Under the pieces are notes generated by a model. The model did not search any database and had not been told where the DNA came from. It saw nothing but the letters and a program-made list of their open reading frames with translations. DNA of 61,953 bases, counting the filler, from Pirum gemmata (lineage: Eukaryota): assembly GCA_002812295.1 (NCBI GenBank). It is 17 parts of 17 records of this genome, joined end to end, with 100 filler letters (N's around TTAATTAATTAA, not from the genome) between each part and the next. Parts side by side here need not be neighbours in the genome. Positions count along the whole stretch, not along the records: positions 58,552 to 61,953 come from PDIN01002717.1; 16 more parts are not named here. The stretch is one strand, 5' to 3'. Position numbers and translations under genes: made by a program. Of this stretch, positions 61,850 to 61,953 are shown one piece after another. The stretch's first letter is position 1, and the number at the start of each line of letters is the position of its first letter.

Positions 61850-61953
61850 AAAATTATTATTATAAAATTGTTATATATTATTATTAAAATATTATTAAAA
61901 AGATTATTATTATATTATTATTATTATTATTGTCATTATTATTATTATTATTA

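Overview
This window is very AT-rich EUKARYOTIC DNA, not a prokaryotic locus, and contains no CRISPR array, rRNA or tRNA. It is an artificial concatenation of 17 unplaced contigs (mostly ~3.3-3.4 kb) joined by 100-bp N44-TTAATTAATTAA-N44 linkers, so adjacency across linkers is meaningless. Supported genes, several spliced with GT-AG introns checked by hand for phase: 5' part of nucleoporin Nup155/Nup170, a GH16 beta-1,3-glucanase, the end of a SAM domain, the C-terminus of a DUF924 protein, a Phactr/Bni4-type PP1 regulator, a Tweety-family protein, a sterol desaturase/fatty-acid hydroxylase, a C2H2 zinc finger, a class-3 lipase, a lipocalin, two orphan ORFs and a decayed PIF/Harbinger transposase. 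The gene set and TTAGGG repeats are compatible with a unicellular opisthokont (inference only). Non-coding DNA is dominated by several MITE families (Harbinger-like with 3-bp TSD; TA-flanked Tc1/mariner-like), ultra-short hairpin elements, interstitial TTAGGG arrays, an 8-mer telomere-like variant and 200-300 bp satellites. The most striking signal is a pervasive class of TA-duplicating micro-insertions (TA>TAGACTA, TAGTCTA, TAGCTA, TAATTA). They are visible between paralogous repeat copies and as a frameshift in the transposase relic, and they appear to pile up into the (TAGC/TAGAC)n tracts, probably as stacked transposon excision footprints. Also notable are duplicated intron 3' ends, one creating an AG|GT zero-length-exon junction. 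Most long ORFs in the supplied track are microsatellite artefacts.
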